Part shown: piece by piece, positions 1 to 7,903 of the stretch | How the letters are laid out: each line of letters starts with the position of its first letter | Position numbering within the stretch: position 1 is the first letter of the stretch | Source of the DNA: Candidatus Woesearchaeota archaeon | GTDB taxonomy: Archaea > Nanobdellota > Nanobdellia > Woesearchaeales > WJKV01 | NCBI GenBank assembly: GCA_019323355.1 | Contig: JAHWHI010000014.1 | Location: 1-41,643 of the forward strand | Direction: 5' to 3' | Length of the DNA: 41,643 nt | Notes under the pieces: generated by a model | Told to the model about the DNA's origin: nothing | The model's database searches: none | What the model saw: only the letters and a program-made list of their open reading frames with translations | Translations under genes and position numbers: made by a program

Positions 1-337
1 CTGTGAACTTTGCAAGCTTAGGGTTTGTCAGAATTCCTGGCTGGTACCTGCCTGGAAAAACTTTGCAGCCTGTATATTTCCCGAACAGTTTCAGAGGTTT
101 CCAACCATTCTCCCTACGGCATACAATAATTACATCCTCTGGTGCGTACTGTGCCAGGAATTTTGCTGCAATACGTAATCTCTTGTCAATCTGAGATACA
201 TTCAACACTGCAAGCCCATCTGTCCTAATCTTGTAGATGAAAGGCTGCATGTACTTTGTCCTGAATTTTGTTCCAATATGTACTCCTGCTTTGAAGTAGA
301 CATCTGTTGGTACTAAAAATGATTCTTCTTCTGCCAT
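1..337 (-). CDS. rps2: 30S ribosomal protein uS2, N-terminal part (gene runs off the left edge)
   Basis: Not in the ORF track. The reverse complement from ATG 337 reads MAEEESFLVPTDVYFKAGVHIGTKFRTKYMQPFIYKIRTDGLAVLNVSQIDKRLRIAAKFL..., which is the archaeal uS2 N-terminal signature. GGAGG lies 5 nt upstream (343-347). Confidence 0.85.
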   Translation of the reverse strand, partial: MAEEESFLVPTDVYFKAGVHIGTKFRTKYMQPFIYKIRTDGLAVLNVSQIDKRLRIAAKFLAQYAPEDVIIVCRRENGWKPLKLFGKYTGCKVFPGRYQPGILTNPKLAKFT

Positions 338-479
338 TTTTTCCTCCGATATAAGCAGGGTAATATATGCAGAATATTTCTGAGCTGCATCTTTATTACC
401 TCAGCAGTCAATGCTCATGGCCAGTCTCTATGGCTGACATCCATGAACTTTGGTTATGTATATGAGAACTTGAGAGTGC

Positions 480-493
480 TTTATAAAGGTTTC
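480..493 (-). promoter_or_regulatory. BRE/TATA-like element (minus strand GAAACCTTTATAAA), about 145 nt upstream of the uS2 ATG
   Basis: Same AACCTTTAWAWA pattern as at 5340-5353 and 6524-6537. It overlaps the thpR stop codon. Orientation is uncertain because the TATA core is palindromic. Confidence 0.3.
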
Positions 494-1008
494 GCAGGGA
501 ACTCTCCCATATCTTCGTATATCGGGCCTGTGCCTGTGAGGGTGCTTTTGATGAGGTAGAAGGCATTGATATTAAATTCAAGAGGCTTGACATTGATCTT
601 ATCCACCTTGTCCAGGAAAGCTTTCCTATCTTCTAAGAATTTTACTCTTGCGATTGTGATATGTGCTGTGAATGGATGATCGATAGGGATTTCATCTGTC
701 GCTTTGTGGATCTTTTCAAACAGTTCTGTGACTTGTTCTGGCGGCTTGACAGAGATATGGACAACCCGGATACGTTTTGGAGTGAACACGTCGAGACCAT
801 AAAGAGTAAGCTTGAAGCTGTTGAATGAGATGTTTGTTAATTTAGTTTTTAGAGAGTCTATATCTTTTTCATCTATCTCTCCAAGAAACTTGAGTGTGAT
901 ATGAAATTCTTTTGGTAATTTTAGACCTTCTTGGTTTAGTCCATCCTGGATGCGTCTCAGCTCTTCTTCAATTTCCCCTGGCACTTTCACAGCAATGAAG
1001 AGTCTCAT
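481..1008 (-). CDS. thpR: RNA 2',3'-cyclic phosphodiesterase / 2'-5' RNA ligase family (2H phosphoesterase)
   Basis: Two HxT/S motifs, HITLKF and HITIAR, in a ~175-aa protein beginning MRLFIAVKVP. The ATG at 1008 is preferred over the TTG at 1086, whose extra 26 aa are an F/L/Y-rich artefact. Confidence 0.8.
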   Translation of the reverse strand: MRLFIAVKVPGEIEEELRRIQDGLNQEGLKLPKEFHITLKFLGEIDEKDIDSLKTKLTNISFNSFKLTLYGLDVFTPKRIRVVHISVKPPEQVTELFEKIHKATDEIPIDHPFTAHITIARVKFLEDRKAFLDKVDKINVKPLEFNINAFYLIKSTLTGTGPIYEDMGEFPAKPL

Positions 1009-1097
1009 AAATTGATGAATGGGATATTCTTTTATTAATATTTTGGAAAGAAAGAGTAAAAAAAAGAAATAATACTTAATATGCAAGATTAGTCTGA

Positions 1098-1484
1098 TTA
1101 ATCCTCTTCGGAATAATCCTCTTCAGAGTATTCTTCTTCTGGAGGAGGAAGTTCTTCTTCTGGTTCTTCTCCAAAGTCTTCTGTATCCTCTGGCTCATCT
1201 GGCTCTGGGATTGGCGCAGATTCCAGTGCTGATACTTCTCTTGTCACTGATTGCTTGACACCAGGCTCTTCTGGGCCTGCTTCGCCGATCTTCTCTGCAA
1301 AACCTACTTTTTTCAAGACTTTGGTTACTTTTACTTTGCACCGCTCCCCTTCCTTGACATTAGGTATGAACAGTACAAAACCTTGTACTTTCGCAACACC
1401 GTCGCCTTTTGCGCCGACAGCCTCTATTGTCACGTCAACTTCGTCGCCAACATCTACAGGCGGCCTCATACTTCTTCTTTGCAT
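1098..1484 (-). CDS. TRAM-domain RNA-binding protein with an acidic C-terminal tail
   Basis: GDEVDVTIEAVGAKGDGVAKVQGFVLFIPNVKEGERCKVKVTKV is a TRAM beta-barrel pattern. It is followed by ~60 aa of E/D/P-rich tail. GAGGT SD upstream. Confidence 0.75.
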   Translation of the reverse strand: MQRRSMRPPVDVGDEVDVTIEAVGAKGDGVAKVQGFVLFIPNVKEGERCKVKVTKVLKKVGFAEKIGEAGPEEPGVKQSVTREVSALESAPIPEPDEPEDTEDFGEEPEEELPPPEEEYSEEDYSEED

Positions 1485-1572
1485 ATTTAATACCTCACTT
1501 GATATTTTTGGCCTTAAATATCGAGATGTAGTATTTAAAGGTATTGTCTACGCCTAAAGAAAAGCTATATAA

Positions 1573-2220
1573 ATGCTGGTTTCATTGCAATCTGATATGG
1601 CAAAGAAAGCTGCAAAAAAGAAAACAACAAAGAAAGCAAAGGAAATCAAGAAGGAAAAAGAAGCAAAGAGTGAACCAAAGACCAAGAGCAAGAGAAAACC
1701 AGAGCTAAAAGCAAAGCTCATCTCTGAACGTGTTCTTGTCGAAGCCTCTGATCAAGCCAGAGAGTTGTATAATCAAGGAAGGTACGGAATCATCCTTGAC
1801 AATGGAGAGCTTCAGCTTAACCTGATAGAAGCCTTATTCTTGCTAGAGAAAGGAAAGATCAAGATCATGTCTGGCAGAAAGAAAATGACTGCGCAGACAC
1901 TGATAAAATCTCATGAGGAGCAGGATCCGAATTTCTGGGTAAGATATGTTGTATACAGAGATTTCAGGAATCGCGGATATATCATCAGCACTGCTCTCAA
2001 GTTTGGCGCTGATTTCAGAGTATATGACAGAGGGATGAAGCCTGGCAATGGGCATGCGAAATGGCTTGTCTTTCCAGTATCAGAAGACAAAGTCCTTTCA
2101 TGGTATGAATTTGCTGCAAAGAACCGTGTGGCAACAAGCACAAAAAAAAGACTGCTGATTGGGATTGTCGACAAAGAAAATGATGTCACATATTATGAGA
2201 TAAGATGGATGCGGCCGTAA
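1573..2220 (+). CDS. endA: tRNA-splicing (intron) endonuclease with a Lys-rich N-terminal extension
   Basis: YVVYRDFRNRGYI...LKFGADFRVYD...HAKWLV...KKRLLIGIV matches the EndA catalytic domain (Y/H/K triad context). The alternative ATG at 1597 lies ~26 nt after the TATATAAA at 1566-1573, so a leaderless start is possible. Confidence 0.85.
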   Translation: MLVSLQSDMAKKAAKKKTTKKAKEIKKEKEAKSEPKTKSKRKPELKAKLISERVLVEASDQARELYNQGRYGIILDNGELQLNLIEALFLLEKGKIKIMSGRKKMTAQTLIKSHEEQDPNFWVRYVVYRDFRNRGYIISTALKFGADFRVYDRGMKPGNGHAKWLVFPVSEDKVLSWYEFAAKNRVATSTKKRLLIGIVDKENDVTYYEIRWMRP

Positions 2221-3209
2221 AGATGATGAATAAAAATTCTGTGAATGTGCCTGATAGAATAATCCAAATGATCAGACTTAGAGGGTATGTTCTTCCAACA
2301 GACATCAGCAGGGAACTGAAGATAAACTCGATATTTGCCGGCGCGCATCTATCAGAGATGGTAGACTCTGGAAAGCTGAAGATCTCAAACACTAAAGTCG
2401 GGAGCAGCCCAGCATACTATCTTCCTGAGACTGCATCAAGCTTACAGAACCTGGAGAAATACCTTAATGAGAAGGACCAGAAAACTTTCCAGATATTGAA
2501 AGAGAAAAAAATACTGAGGGAGAAAGATCTTGGTCCGTTGATACAGGTATCATTAAGAAATCTTAAGGATTTCGCTGTTCCGTTGCGGGTGAACAAGGAG
2601 GAGATATTCTGGAAATATTATCTTGTCTCTGATGATGAAGCAGCTGCATTGATAAAAAGTATGATCGAGAATGACAAAGAGATATCTGCTCCAGAGCCAG
2701 TGGTCAAAAAAGAGGAAGTGCCTGAGGCAATAGAAAAAGAAGCGCCTAAGGTTGTGGTGCCAGAACCTATTGTCGCTGCTGAGAAGCCAAAAGCTAAAAA
2801 GAAAGAGAAGAAGGCAGAGCCGAAAAAAGAAAAAGAGATCCAGACAACGATCCCTGATGAGAAAATAGAGCCAAAAGAGAAAATCGAGAAGCCGCAGATC
2901 AAGAATGAATTTTATGACAAGATATCCTCCTACTGCGAGCGGAAAAAAATAAAGATCCTTGATGCTGAGCTTATTAAAAAAGGAGATATCGAGCTAGTGC
3001 TCGAAGTCCCGACTGTCATTGGGAATGTCAAATACTTTGCAAAGGCACGGGACAAAAAACGAAACAATGATGGAGACTTATCTTCAGCATATGTCCGAGG
3101 CCAGACAAAAAATCTTCCTACTGTTTTCCTAACAACAGGAAAAGTCACAAAGAAAGCGCTGGAGATGGTAGGGCAGGATTTCAAGCAAATGATTGTAAAA
3201 GAGATCTAA
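2205..3209 (+). CDS. Uncharacterised protein: two N-terminal winged-helix-like modules, a K/E/P-rich linker and a C-terminal Mrr/PD-(D/E)xK-like fold (degenerate)
   Basis: Long ORF packed tightly between endA (16-nt overlap; alternative ATG at 2223) and fen. Helix-turn-helix-like segments: RIIQMIRLRGYVLPTDISRELKI... and KTFQILKEKKILREKDL... The function is not recognised. Confidence 0.6.
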   Translation: MDAAVKMMNKNSVNVPDRIIQMIRLRGYVLPTDISRELKINSIFAGAHLSEMVDSGKLKISNTKVGSSPAYYLPETASSLQNLEKYLNEKDQKTFQILKEKKILREKDLGPLIQVSLRNLKDFAVPLRVNKEEIFWKYYLVSDDEAAALIKSMIENDKEISAPEPVVKKEEVPEAIEKEAPKVVVPEPIVAAEKPKAKKKEKKAEPKKEKEIQTTIPDEKIEPKEKIEKPQIKNEFYDKISSYCERKKIKILDAELIKKGDIELVLEVPTVIGNVKYFAKARDKKRNNDGDLSSAYVRGQTKNLPTVFLTTGKVTKKALEMVGQDFKQMIVKEI

Positions 3210-3210
3210 G

Positions 3211-4239
3211 ATGGGTTGTGCGATTACTGAATTATTGAAAGGCGATGAAATAGAACTAGAAGACCTGAAAGGAAAGATTCTTGTTGTTGATTCCTACAAT
3301 ATGCTTTACCAATTCTTAACAACCATAAGACAGAGAGACGGTGCTCCTCTGATGGACTCTAAAGGAAGGATCACTTCACATCTTACTGGATTGTTCAACA
3401 GGGTCACCAAATTTATGGAGATCGGTATGAAGCTTGCGTTTGTTTTTGACGGAGAGGTACCTGAACTAAAGGCTGCTGAACTCAGGAAAAGAAAGACTGT
3501 GAAAGAGGCTGCAAAAAAATTGCATCAAGAAGCAATAGAACGGGAAGATGTCGAAGCAATGAGCAAGTATGCTGGCAGATTTTCAAGACTGACAAGAGAT
3601 ATGGTTGATGAAAGCAAAGAACTGCTGAAAGCTCTAGGTCTACCTGTGATACAGGCGCCAAGTGAGGGAGAAGCGCAGGCTGCGTTCATAGTAAAAGACA
3701 AGGATGCTTGGGCTGTTGTCAGCCAGGATGCTGATGCTTTCTTGTTCGGGGCTGATAAAGTCGTAAAAAATCTTAGTGTTGCTGGGAAAAGAAAACTTCC
3801 TTCAAAATTTGCATTCACAACAGTCAGACCGCAGGTCTTTGACCTTAAAGAGAATCTTAAAGAGCTGGAGATTAACCAGGATCAGTTGATTGCTTTGGGA
3901 GTTCTTGTCGGAACTGATTTCAATCCTGGGGGGATAAAAGGCATCGGGCCTAAAAAAGGACTGAAACTTGTCAAAGAGCATGGAGATGATTTTGAAAAAT
4001 TATTTTCCTCTGTTGACTGGCCTTTTGATTTTTCCTGGAAAGAGCCTTTCAACCTAATCAAGAAGATGAAGGTCACAAAAAAATACAAACTCGAGTGGGG
4101 AAAGATAGATAGTGACAAGGTTGTTGAGATATTATGCAAACGCTACGATTTTTCAGAAGAGCGGATCCTGAAGAAATTAAAGGATGGCTCTAAAAAGCAA
4201 GAAAAACAGAAACAAAAAGGGCTATCGCAATGGTGCTGA
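3211..4239 (+). CDS. fen: Flap endonuclease 1
   Basis: N and I nuclease regions (VVDSYNMLYQFL, FVFDGEVPELK, APSEGEAQAA, SQDADAFLFG, H3TH GTDFNPGGIKGIGPKK). The C-terminal QKGLSQWC is a PIP-box-like motif. Confidence 0.93.
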   Translation: MGCAITELLKGDEIELEDLKGKILVVDSYNMLYQFLTTIRQRDGAPLMDSKGRITSHLTGLFNRVTKFMEIGMKLAFVFDGEVPELKAAELRKRKTVKEAAKKLHQEAIEREDVEAMSKYAGRFSRLTRDMVDESKELLKALGLPVIQAPSEGEAQAAFIVKDKDAWAVVSQDADAFLFGADKVVKNLSVAGKRKLPSKFAFTTVRPQVFDLKENLKELEINQDQLIALGVLVGTDFNPGGIKGIGPKKGLKLVKEHGDDFEKLFSSVDWPFDFSWKEPFNLIKKMKVTKKYKLEWGKIDSDKVVEILCKRYDFSEERILKKLKDGSKKQEKQKQKGLSQWC

Positions 4240-5240
4240 CTGTAAAAGTTAAGTCAAAGGATACGCAGAAGATAAAGAAAGTTCTAATTGACAAAGGGAT
4301 ATTCAACCAGGGATATAAAGTGAAACGGGAGAAAGGCTTTGTATATCTTCCTGTTCTGAAAAGGATTACAAAACCAAAGCTTGAATTCGCAGATAAAAAA
4401 CTAGATCTGATAGAAAGGAAAGGCTCACTGCAGAGTATCCTGGCAAAGGATTTGACAAGTAAAGAGTTAGAGGCAGTGCCTTCTGCATTTGACATTGTGG
4501 GAGATATCGCTATCCTCGAGATCAAAGACGAGATAAAAAAGCACGAGAAACTTGTTGCACAGACCTTGCTTAAGCTCCATAAGAATATCAAGACTGTTGT
4601 GAAGAAAGCCTCAATTCATGGCGGAGAGTTCCGAACACAGAAGATGAAGCATCTTGCAGGCGAACAGAAGAAAATTGCTGTCCATCGAGAGAGCGGTGTT
4701 TTGATAAAACTAGATGTTGAGAAAGTCTATTTCAGCGCAAGGCTGTCTAATGAAAGGCTCAGGATTGCGAATCTGGTGACGAAAAGAGAAGACGTCCTTG
4801 TCATGTTCAGCGGATGCGCACCTTACCCGCTGGTGATCGCTAAAAACAGTCCTGCAAGACACATCGTAGGAATAGAGAAGAATCCTACAGGCCATAAATA
4901 CGCTCTTGAGAATCTCAAGCTGAACAAAGGGATTGCAAACAAGATAGAACTATTCAAAGGTGATGTTAGGAAAATCATCCCAAAGCTGAATAGAAAATTC
5001 GACCGAATCGTGATGCCGCTTCCAAAATCTGCTGAAGATTTCCTTCCAGACGCTCTTAAAGCTGCAAAAAAAGGCGCAGTAATCCATCTCTATGATTTCT
5101 TAGATGAGAAAAATATTCCTGATGCTGCGATCGAAAAGATAAGAAAACATGTTCATAAATTTAAAGTTCTGAAAATTGTGAAATGCGGACAGTTCTCTCC
5201 TTCTGTATACCGGATCTGTGTTGATTTCAGGCTAGAATAA
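4230..5240 (+). CDS. trm5: tRNA (guanine37-N1)-methyltransferase, Trm5/Taw22 (Met-10+) family
   Basis: FDIVGDIAILEI, YFSARLSNER, VLVMFSGCAPYPL (SAM motif I), FDRIVMPLP. This is the typical archaeal Trm5b architecture. Confidence 0.8.
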   Translation: MVLTVKVKSKDTQKIKKVLIDKGIFNQGYKVKREKGFVYLPVLKRITKPKLEFADKKLDLIERKGSLQSILAKDLTSKELEAVPSAFDIVGDIAILEIKDEIKKHEKLVAQTLLKLHKNIKTVVKKASIHGGEFRTQKMKHLAGEQKKIAVHRESGVLIKLDVEKVYFSARLSNERLRIANLVTKREDVLVMFSGCAPYPLVIAKNSPARHIVGIEKNPTGHKYALENLKLNKGIANKIELFKGDVRKIIPKLNRKFDRIVMPLPKSAEDFLPDALKAAKKGAVIHLYDFLDEKNIPDAAIEKIRKHVHKFKVLKIVKCGQFSPSVYRICVDFRLE

Positions 5241-5246
5241 AAAGTG

Positions 5247-5316
5247 TGTGCTCAGCAGTTACTCCGTCCATTCATCTCCGTTAGGATCAGACGGTGTTCA
5301 CCTTCGTCATCGCACA
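5247..5316 (-). ncRNA. Candidate box C/D-like small RNA
   Basis: The minus strand reads UGUGC-GAUGA-N16-CUGA-N8-GAGAUGA-N16-CUGA-GCACA. It has a 5-bp terminal stem (UGUGC/GCACA), near-consensus C and C' boxes (1 mismatch each) and exact D' and D boxes. It sits in the only GC-richer spacer of the window, ~24 nt downstream of a BRE/TATA-like element. The spacers are longer than the canonical ~12 nt. Confidence 0.3.
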
Positions 5317-5339
5317 ATAATGTGATATGTAGAAAGACG

Positions 5340-5353
5340 TTTATAAAGGTTAT
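5340..5353 (-). promoter_or_regulatory. BRE/TATA-like element (minus strand ATAACCTTTATAAA) upstream of the sRNA candidate
   Basis: The TATA centre is ~26-27 nt upstream of position 5316. The core is palindromic, so the orientation is inferred only from the A-rich BRE-like flank and the spacing. Confidence 0.3.
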
Positions 5354-5358
5354 GGCCT

Positions 5359-6498
5359 CTAGCCAAACATATTTACATAATCTGTGATTTCTTCTGTTGT
5401 CTTGTTGCGGACTTTTTCTATTGCATTGATAAAATCATCATGCAGTACATGAGCCCGATCTTCTCTGATTGCAAAATAACCTGCTTCTGTACAAACCGCA
5501 CGGACTTCAGCTCCAGACATGCCATCTAATTCTTCTGCAATCTTATTCTTATTGACTTTCTTAAGCGTCATATCCTTGCTGTGTATCTTAAGGATCTGTT
5601 TCAATCCTTCAACATCTGGAAGATCAACATGTATCTGGCGATCCAGTCTTCCTGGTCTTGTGACTGCTGGGTCGAGGATATCCCTCCTGTTTGTCGCGCC
5701 AATCACTTTTACATTGCCAAGCTCCTTGAAGCCGTCAAGCTCTGCTAGAAGCTGCATAAAAGTTCTCTGCACTTCCCGCTCTCCAGAAGTGCCAATATCC
5801 ATTCGTTGCGATGCAAGTGCGTCAAGTTCATCAATGAAAACTATAGATGGAGCTTTTTCTCTTGCAAGCTCGAAGATCTCACGCACTAATTTTGCACCTT
5901 CTCCAATAAATTTCTGTACCAATTCAGAACCAACAATCTCGATGAAAGTCGAGTTTGTGCTTTCTGCAACTGCTTTTGCGAGCAGGGTCTTTCCAGTACC
6001 AGGCGGACCGTGAAGAAGAATGCCTTTCGGAGGTTTGATACCGACTTTTTCAAACAGTTCTGGTTTCATCAACGGAAGCTCTATAACTTCCTTGATCTCT
6101 TCTATGATGCTTGAAAGACCTCCTATATTCTTCCAGGAAACTGTAGGTTTCTCTATGATCACAAATTTTTCAACATTAAATTTTTTCATGGAATGTATTT
6201 TATCCACAACAACCAGATTTTTCTGGTGGGCCAGGACAAAATCACCTGGCTTCAAATCCTTGACATTGCTTGAGATATTAACATAAAACTCGTTTCCATT
6301 CTTCAGGCTGAGGATTGCTTTCTCTTTCAATATGTCTCTTACCTCGCAGATCAAGAACGGTGGTGTGTGAAATTTCGCCATCTCATTCTTAAGATGCTCA
6401 ATAGTGTTACGCAGAATTCTATTCTCCTCTTCTAATGAACTTATATTTGTTGTATAACCATACATTGCCTTTTCAAGTTCGTCTGTTTTAGTCCCCAT
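5359..6498 (-). CDS. pan: Proteasome-activating nucleotidase (AAA+ ATPase)
   Basis: N-terminal coiled coil and OB domain, Walker A GPPGTGKTLLAKAVA, Walker B IVFIDELD, second region of homology, C-terminal hydrophobic-Tyr-X-like end. The ATG at 6498 is preferred (TTG at 6513 is possible). Confidence 0.93.
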   Translation of the reverse strand: MGTKTDELEKAMYGYTTNISSLEEENRILRNTIEHLKNEMAKFHTPPFLICEVRDILKEKAILSLKNGNEFYVNISSNVKDLKPGDFVLAHQKNLVVVDKIHSMKKFNVEKFVIIEKPTVSWKNIGGLSSIIEEIKEVIELPLMKPELFEKVGIKPPKGILLHGPPGTGKTLLAKAVAESTNSTFIEIVGSELVQKFIGEGAKLVREIFELAREKAPSIVFIDELDALASQRMDIGTSGEREVQRTFMQLLAELDGFKELGNVKVIGATNRRDILDPAVTRPGRLDRQIHVDLPDVEGLKQILKIHSKDMTLKKVNKNKIAEELDGMSGAEVRAVCTEAGYFAIREDRAHVLHDDFINAIEKVRNKTTEEITDYVNMFG

Positions 6499-6523
6499 CC
6501 CAATCACGAACAACCCGCGTGAG

Positions 6524-6537
6524 TATTTAAAGGTTTT
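6524..6537 (-). promoter_or_regulatory. BRE/TATA-like element (minus strand AAAACCTTTAAATA) for pan
   Basis: Centred ~29 nt upstream of ATG 6498, implying a leaderless or very short-leader mRNA. Confidence 0.4.
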
Positions 6538-6570
6538 GTTTCTTTGAGAAATAACAACACGTAAACTTTT

Positions 6571-7902
6571 TTAACCAGTACTCTCAGTGATATTCACATT
6601 TTTAACTTTTGCGCTTCCTGATACAACCGGACCCTGGACTTCCCATCCTGACTGCTGAAATCTTTCTTTTGAACATTCTGCAATATTTGATAGAATCCGT
6701 AACATGTTATCTGTTATTCGGATTCCCTTCACTGGTTGGACAACCTCTCCATTCTTGTAGAGAAAGATCGCATCTCTCGGAATTGTCGAGAAATCTCCAG
6801 TAAGATAATTCTGGAATCTTGTATACCAAGTGTTTGTAATTCTCAATCCTGAAAAATCCTTGTACATACTCTCGGTCTTATTTTTTCCAGGAGCGATCAC
6901 AATGTTCGTGTTTGTCGGATAAATCAATCCTGCGTTCGCTGTTGTCTTAGTTTTGTATCTTCTTGCTGTGCTCGTATTGTGCAGAAAAGTCTTGAGAATT
7001 CCTTTCTCTATGACCAAAGTTTTTCTTTTTGGAACTCCTTCTGCATCGAACTTCGAGGTCTCAATGCCTCCAGGATAGGTTCCGTCATCATAAACTGTGA
7101 CTGCTTCTGATGCTACTTTCTTGCCCAATTTGTCAATAAAAAAAGAATAGCCTGATTCTGCTGCACTGATCCTAGAAGAATAACCTACATTATCTAGTAT
7201 GTCCCCAAAAGGATATGGGTCCATGATAACATCATATTTTTTAGCAGGAATCCTTTTCGGAGCTTTTGCTTTTACAGCATCTTCTGCAGATTTTCTTCCG
7301 CTTTTTTCAGGATCAAAATCAGATAGTACTCTGCAGACCTGGTTATAATAGCCGGACTCGTCCTTTTTGACATGGCTCCGGAATGAAAGATAAAGGGCTG
7401 TCCCTTTGTCTTTTGCCTCTACATTGCTCGAAGTAAGTAAATTCTCTTCTGAACATGCAAATTCGAAAACACCATTGCAACGCTTTGCACCGAGCGAGAG
7501 CGCAGTGTTTATCGCTGATTCGACAATGTCAATGCTCTTGTCGTGAAGGTCCAATATTTTTTTATCATAAGTCTTCTCAGTCTTTTTGTACTTGAACGGG
7601 CCTTCTGCAATTCCTTGATATTTCTTGTTTGGCTCCATTGCCTTTGCAAAGGAAATGGCCTTCTTGACAAAGTTGTTGATTGCGGTATTGTCAAACCGTT
7701 CTAGTGATGAAGAGATCATCCTTTGATTATATGCGAACATTATCGCAACATATTTATGATCCCAGGTTTTTGTGGCTGCGATCTCATTGTTCGAGAATTT
7801 GATCTGTGTCTTTGTTTCATCCCTCAATTCGAGCACAATATCATCTGCGCCTTTCTTTTTGAGTTCTCTCATCAATGTCTTCAAAAAATTACTATCTTCC
7901 AT
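6571..7902 (-). CDS. pmbA: TldE/PmbA-family metalloprotease subunit
   Basis: TldD/PmbA fold length and C-terminal conserved blocks (GLRITNTWYTRF, VKGIRITDNML), with no HExxxH motif. Its start lies 2 nt downstream of the tldD stop. Confidence 0.85.
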   Translation of the reverse strand: MEDSNFLKTLMRELKKKGADDIVLELRDETKTQIKFSNNEIAATKTWDHKYVAIMFAYNQRMISSSLERFDNTAINNFVKKAISFAKAMEPNKKYQGIAEGPFKYKKTEKTYDKKILDLHDKSIDIVESAINTALSLGAKRCNGVFEFACSEENLLTSSNVEAKDKGTALYLSFRSHVKKDESGYYNQVCRVLSDFDPEKSGRKSAEDAVKAKAPKRIPAKKYDVIMDPYPFGDILDNVGYSSRISAAESGYSFFIDKLGKKVASEAVTVYDDGTYPGGIETSKFDAEGVPKRKTLVIEKGILKTFLHNTSTARRYKTKTTANAGLIYPTNTNIVIAPGKNKTESMYKDFSGLRITNTWYTRFQNYLTGDFSTIPRDAIFLYKNGEVVQPVKGIRITDNMLRILSNIAECSKERFQQSGWEVQGPVVSGSAKVKNVNITESTG

Positions 7903-7903
7903 T

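Noticed and set aside
3-194. 63-aa plus-strand ORF at the left edge
   Set aside because: It is antisense to a much better reading frame. The minus strand encodes a clear uS2 N-terminus from ATG 337 with a GGAGG SD.
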